Part shown: in pieces, positions 16,661 through 20,000 of the stretch
How positions within the stretch are numbered: position 1 is the first letter of the stretch
How the letters are laid out: each line of letters opens with the position of its first letter
Source: an uncultured virus (IMG/VR IMGVR_UViG_3300035696_001394)
Lineage: Duplodnaviria > Heunggongvirae > Uroviricota > Caudoviricetes
DNA length: 20,000 nucleotides
Virus record (IMG/VR): IMGVR_UViG_3300035696_001394
Direction: 5' to 3' (one strand)
The notes under the pieces: model-generated
The model's database searches: none
The model's input: only the letters and a program-made list of their open reading frames with translations
Told to the model about the DNA's origin: nothing
Position numbers and translations under genes: made by a program

Positions 16661-17956
16661 CTACGAGCCCTGCGGCCAGTTGTCGTCGAGGAGCTGCTTC
16701 ACCTCGTCGAGCGAGAGCGTCACCTGCGCGGGCTGCGAAGGCGGCGGGGGCGTCGGCGGCGTCGGCGGCGCGGGGGGCGCAGGCGGTGCCGGCGGTGCCG
16801 GGGGTGCGGGCGGCGAGCCCGGGGGCGCCGATCCCGTCAGGAGCGCGATGGCCGCCTGGATGAACGAGGCGCCGTTGGGCGAGCCCATGCCGGTGCAGGG
16901 GTCCCATCCGGCCGTCGCCGGATCGCCGTTGCTGCCGAGCGTGATGTCGTTGCACGCCGCACGGGTGGAGTACGGGGCCGGCGTCATGAGGCCCACGTTG
17001 CTCTTGCTCGTCATGAGCGCGACGCCCTTGGCGACGGCAATGAGCGCCGCCGTGAAGGGCGACGAAGCGCTCGTGCCGCCGACGACGGTCCACGCGCCGT
17101 TCGCGCTGATCTGCCACCCGGAGTTGGGGTCGGCGTTGGCGGACGTGTCGGGCACGCCGCGGTTGGAGCCCGGCACGATCCCTTGCTGGAAGGGCGGCAT
17201 CGCTTCGGTCGGGTCGAACCCGCCGCCGCCGCCCTCGTCGCCCGGGTTGCCGTCACCCCACGCGGTCTCCTCGTTGATGGAGCCGTCGGGGTTGAGCGCG
17301 AGGAACGTCCCGCCGACCGCCCACACGCACGGATCGGAGCAGGGGTAGTCGGGGCTCGGCGAGCCCGTCCCGTCGTCGATGGAGTTGTCGCCGGCAGCGG
17401 CGCAGAAAGTGGTGCCGCCCGAAACGGCCGCCGCGAAGGCCGCCGCCAGACCGGCGCGCTCGGTCGGGTCCCACCCGTCGGCCGCCGAACCCCACGACCA
17501 GCTCGCGACCTGCACGCCCGCAGCGGCGAGGTCTTGCGTGACGGACGTCATGCCGCCCGAAGCGTTGGGGCCGAACGTCATGGTCACGTCGGCCGCGGTG
17601 CCGGTGAGCCACCACCACGTGAACGAGATGAGGAGCAGGTCGAGCATGTTCTCGACGTTGCTGTCCTGATCCGAGGTCGGATCGTTGACGGCGCCGCCCA
17701 CGGTGCGAACGGTGAGCTTGGGCGCCAGCATGCCCCACGCCTTGACGGCGTTGGCGATGTCGGCCTGCACAACGCCGCCACCGAGGCTACCGATGCCGAG
17801 CTTGATCGGCGCCGCACCCTTGTACTGGTTCTGCTTGAACCCGTAGGCGGCGAGCACCTGCGCGGGCGAGAGAGTGCCGGCGGGGAAGCCGGCCGCGCGC
17901 GGCAGGCGGACGCCGCGAAGACGGGGGTGGGTGCGGTGGTAGTGATGGAACTGCAT
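16661..17956 (-). CDS. S53 family (sedolisin/kumamolisin-like) peptidase, catalytic domain only
   Basis: ENMLD (catalytic Glu/Asp), SWSWG, AAAGDN (oxyanion Asp), YPCSDPCVWAVGGT, RGVPD, GGTSASSP (nucleophile Ser), GWDPCTGMGSP (Ca site); Pro-rich tail. Confidence 0.9.
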   Translation of the reverse strand: MQFHHYHRTHPRLRGVRLPRAAGFPAGTLSPAQVLAAYGFKQNQYKGAAPIKLGIGSLGGGVVQADIANAVKAWGMLAPKLTVRTVGGAVNDPTSDQDSNVENMLDLLLISFTWWWLTGTAADVTMTFGPNASGGMTSVTQDLAAAGVQVASWSWGSAADGWDPTERAGLAAAFAAAVSGGTTFCAAAGDNSIDDGTGSPSPDYPCSDPCVWAVGGTFLALNPDGSINEETAWGDGNPGDEGGGGGFDPTEAMPPFQQGIVPGSNRGVPDTSANADPNSGWQISANGAWTVVGGTSASSPFTAALIAVAKGVALMTSKSNVGLMTPAPYSTRAACNDITLGSNGDPATAGWDPCTGMGSPNGASFIQAAIALLTGSAPPGSPPAPPAPPAPPAPPAPPTPPTPPPPSQPAQVTLSLDEVKQLLDDNWPQGS

Positions 17957-17977
17957 CGAAGGGGGATCCTTTCCTCG

Positions 17978-18334
17978 TTACTTGGCGGCCGGTGCGGGGG
18001 TCGAAGTCGAGGCGGCGGGCGACGGCGCGTGACGCGCCATGTACGCCTGCCCGTTGGTGAGCGCGAGACCCGAGAGCGCACCCGAGTCGATGAGCGCGGT
18101 GATGATGGTCTGCGCGAGCTGCTCAGCGTTCGCGCACACGGCGTCGGTCTGCGTGCTGCCCCCGAGGTCGGCGCAGATGTCGCTCGCGATCTGCGGGTCG
18201 GTCTTGCCGGCCGCCAGATCGGCAGCGACGGTCTGCTCGATGGTGTTGAGCACGGGGAACGCCGAGCCGCCCTTGCAAGCGGGCGTGGTGGCGAGCGCGA
18301 TGACGAGAGCGAGAGGGGCGGCAATGATTCGCAT
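17978..18334 (-). CDS. Small putative lipoprotein/secreted protein (118 aa)
   Basis: ATG at 18334; MRIIAAPLALVIALATTPAC signal peptide ending in a lipobox-like Cys. Confidence 0.7.
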   Translation of the reverse strand: MRIIAAPLALVIALATTPACKGGSAFPVLNTIEQTVAADLAAGKTDPQIASDICADLGGSTQTDAVCANAEQLAQTIITALIDSGALSGLALTNGQAYMARHAPSPAASTSTPAPAAK

Positions 18335-18342
18335 GGGCGCGA

Positions 18343-18351
18343 AGCCTACCA
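18343..18351 (-). promoter_or_regulatory. Candidate extended -10 element (TGgTAGGCT), possibly for a leaderless transcript
   Basis: TGnTAnnnT match 8 nt upstream of ATG 18334; no Shine-Dalgarno sequence in between. Confidence 0.35.
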
Positions 18352-18366
18352 GCCCCCGCTCCAGCT

Positions 18367-18561
18367 TCAAGTCTCGCCGGATGGCCGCCGTTTGGAGCCG
18401 CGGTGCGTCGTCACCTTGGCAGGCATGGCCTCGCCGCGATCCGCGAAGTACACCTCGCGCTCGACCCACGAGCGGTGCGCGATGCGCGCGCGCTCGGGTG
18501 CGCGCTTGACGTCGATGGCCTGAAGCGCCTCGATGGTGGCCTGATCAGCGTGTCCTCTCAC
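18367..18561 (-). CDS. Small hypothetical protein (64 aa)
   Basis: GTG 3 nt after the upstream stop; on the coding strand. Confidence 0.45.
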   Translation of the reverse strand: MRGHADQATIEALQAIDVKRAPERARIAHRSWVEREVYFADRGEAMPAKVTTHRGSKRRPSGET

Positions 18562-18564
18562 GAT

Positions 18565-18759
18565 TCAATCCTTGTCATCTAGCTCGGGGCCTGCGAAGCC
18601 CGAGAAGTCGTAGGCCGTGTGCTCGGGGATGAGCGACACGGGACGCAGCGGCGTGATCCGTACGGGCGCCGCCGCCATCTCGGGCGGGGGCGCAGGTAGC
18701 GTCGAGACCTCGTGCATGTCCACGCTCGGGGGCGACGGTGGCGGCGACGACGCGTGCAT
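18565..18759 (-). CDS. Small Pro-rich hypothetical protein (64 aa)
   Basis: GAAGGA RBS upstream of ATG 18759. Confidence 0.5.
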   Translation of the reverse strand: MHASSPPPSPPSVDMHEVSTLPAPPPEMAAAPVRITPLRPVSLIPEHTAYDFSGFAGPELDDKD

Positions 18760-18992
18760 CGAACGGTCCTTCTACGACGCGCGAGACGACCGCGCAAGGC
18801 TCGTCAACGCTCGCGCAGCGCCCTCGCGAGCCGCTCGGCACGCAGCACCGTCGGTGAGGTGCGCCCCTTCCGATCAGGTCCGGCGAGCGCGAGCCACACG
18901 ACGCAAACGACAGCTACGACTGCGAGCAAAGCGAAGCCTCCCGTCTACCGTCTCACTCCGCCGCGCGGCCGGCGTCAAGAGGCGCCGCTTTC

Positions 18993-20000
18993 CTGCCGTT
19001 CCGCTCCTGTCCCCTCGCATTCCTCTCGTGTCCGCGCCATTCCAGCGACCTGCCGCTCCGCCGCAATCGAGTCGTTTCCTCACCATACCGTTCCACTCGT
19101 TTCGTTGAGCCTGCCGCTCCGCTCGTTTCCGCTCGTCTCGCATCCTCTCGTCGTACCTGCCGCTCGGCTCCAGGCCATTCCGCTCCAGAGACCCTCGTCT
19201 CGCATCCTCTCGTCTGCCTGCCGCTCCACGCCATTCCTGACCAGTCGCCTCCTATCGCTTCCTCTACTGCCTCTCCTAGCCTCTCCCGTCCCGTCGGATG
19301 CACTCCATTCGTTTCGTCGACCTGCCACTCCAATCCAGGCTCTTCCGCTCCGATCGCTACCGCTCCACTCCCCCACTGCCACTCCTGTCCTAGCGTGTCG
19401 GCTCGTTTCCACGCCGGACCATTCCCCTACTGCCGCTCCGATCCTTTCGAGTGTCGACGCTCCATTCCGATCGCATCGCCTACTGCCCTTCCGATCGCCG
19501 CCGTTCCGATGCGTTCGAGTCGCTAGCATTCCCTTCGCATCCCTTCCCTTCGCGTCCTTTCGTGTGCCTGCCAATCGCGTCCGAACGATCCATCACTTTC
19601 CGATCCTGTACTGCCGGTCGCGTCGCTTCCTATCCATGCCACTCGTTTCCTGTACTGCCGCTCCGCCCCATTCCGCTGCCCGGTCCCTTCGTCTCGTTTC
19701 GGCTCGACGCCGTTCCAATCGCGTCGTGTCCGATGCCTGCCGCTCTGCTCCACTCAGATCGACGCCATGCCACTCGATTCGAGTTGTGTCCGATGCCTGC
19801 CATTCCGTTCGTCGCGGCTTCATTCGTCTCGTTTCGTCTACAGACCTTTCCACGACTGCCACTCCACTCCGTGCCATTCAGCTCGTCACGGCTCGATTCG
19901 TCTCGTCGACCTGCCGCTCCGATCCTTTCGGTTCGCATCCATTCGTCTCGCCTCGTTCACCTGGCGCTCCGCTCCAGACCAAGTTCTTTCCCATCCTCTC
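18993..20000 (-). repeat. Non-coding array of ~18 GGCAG-delimited units built from alternating (G/C)GA / NN pentamers; candidate VIPR-like guide-RNA array, truncated by the window edge
   Basis: Plus-strand CTGCC anchors at 18993, 19050, 19111, 19157, 19218, 19267, 19322, 19376, 19430, 19483, 19568, 19611, 19655, 19737, 19797, 19856, 19911 and variant CTGGC at 19961. Between them run NN-TCS pentamers, e.g. 19911: ctgcc gc-tcc ga-tcc tt-tcg gt-tcg ca-tcc at-tcg tc-tcg cc-tcg. Strong pyrimidine skew; no credible ORF. Strand is inferred. Confidence 0.85.

Noticed and set aside
16741..16825. GC-rich short tandem repeats (also about 15557-15598)
   Set aside because: Explained by Pro/Ala-rich protein linkers.
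16433..18523. Long plus-strand ORF (696 aa) and similar ones (8426-10339, 7018-8190, 2064-3149)
   Set aside because: Antisense shadows of high-GC minus-strand genes that carry recognisable motifs; Arg-rich and without domains.
1..18760. An effector (Cas7/RAMP-like) gene for the array within the window
   Set aside because: No ORF here shows RAMP-like features I can recognise (such as a C-terminal Gly-rich loop in a ~200-250 aa protein); if it exists it is probably beyond position 20000.
18874..19938. Several overlapping minus-strand ORFs rich in R/G/W/S/E
   Set aside because: Their composition is a by-product of the 5-nt-period purine-rich array; they occur in multiple frames without domains or a consistent RBS.
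18993..20000. CRISPR array or simple microsatellite
   Set aside because: The shared anchor is only 5-6 nt and the inter-anchor segments are internally periodic, unlike CRISPR spacers; pentamers vary at two positions, unlike a microsatellite; no cas genes in the window.

Overview
GC-rich, densely packed window that looks like part of a large phage or prophage. The host is possibly Myxococcota-like, inferred only from the style of the lipoproteins. Most genes lie on the minus strand with coupled stop/start codons. From left to right: a truncated TIM-barrel glycoside-hydrolase-like gene missing from the ORF track; Thr/Gly/Ala-rich virion-type proteins including a clear paralog pair; a glycan-modification block (GT32-like, sugar O-methyltransferase, FkbM-like, GT2-TPR-GT32 fusion, another GT-A, a SAM methyltransferase); a RadA/Sms-like ATPase lacking the Lon-like domain; a four-gene plus-strand island; and a prodomain-less S53 (sedolisin) peptidase with small membrane/lipoprotein genes. 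The standout feature is the last ~1 kb (18993-20000, running off the edge). It is an apparently non-coding array of ~18 units, each delimited by CTGCC (GGCAG on the minus strand) and filled with 5-nt-period tracts of a conserved triplet alternating with a variable dinucleotide (minus strand (G/C)GA-NN). This resembles the guide arrays of viral VIPR-type RNA-guided systems but uses a different triplet. No effector gene is visible inside the window.
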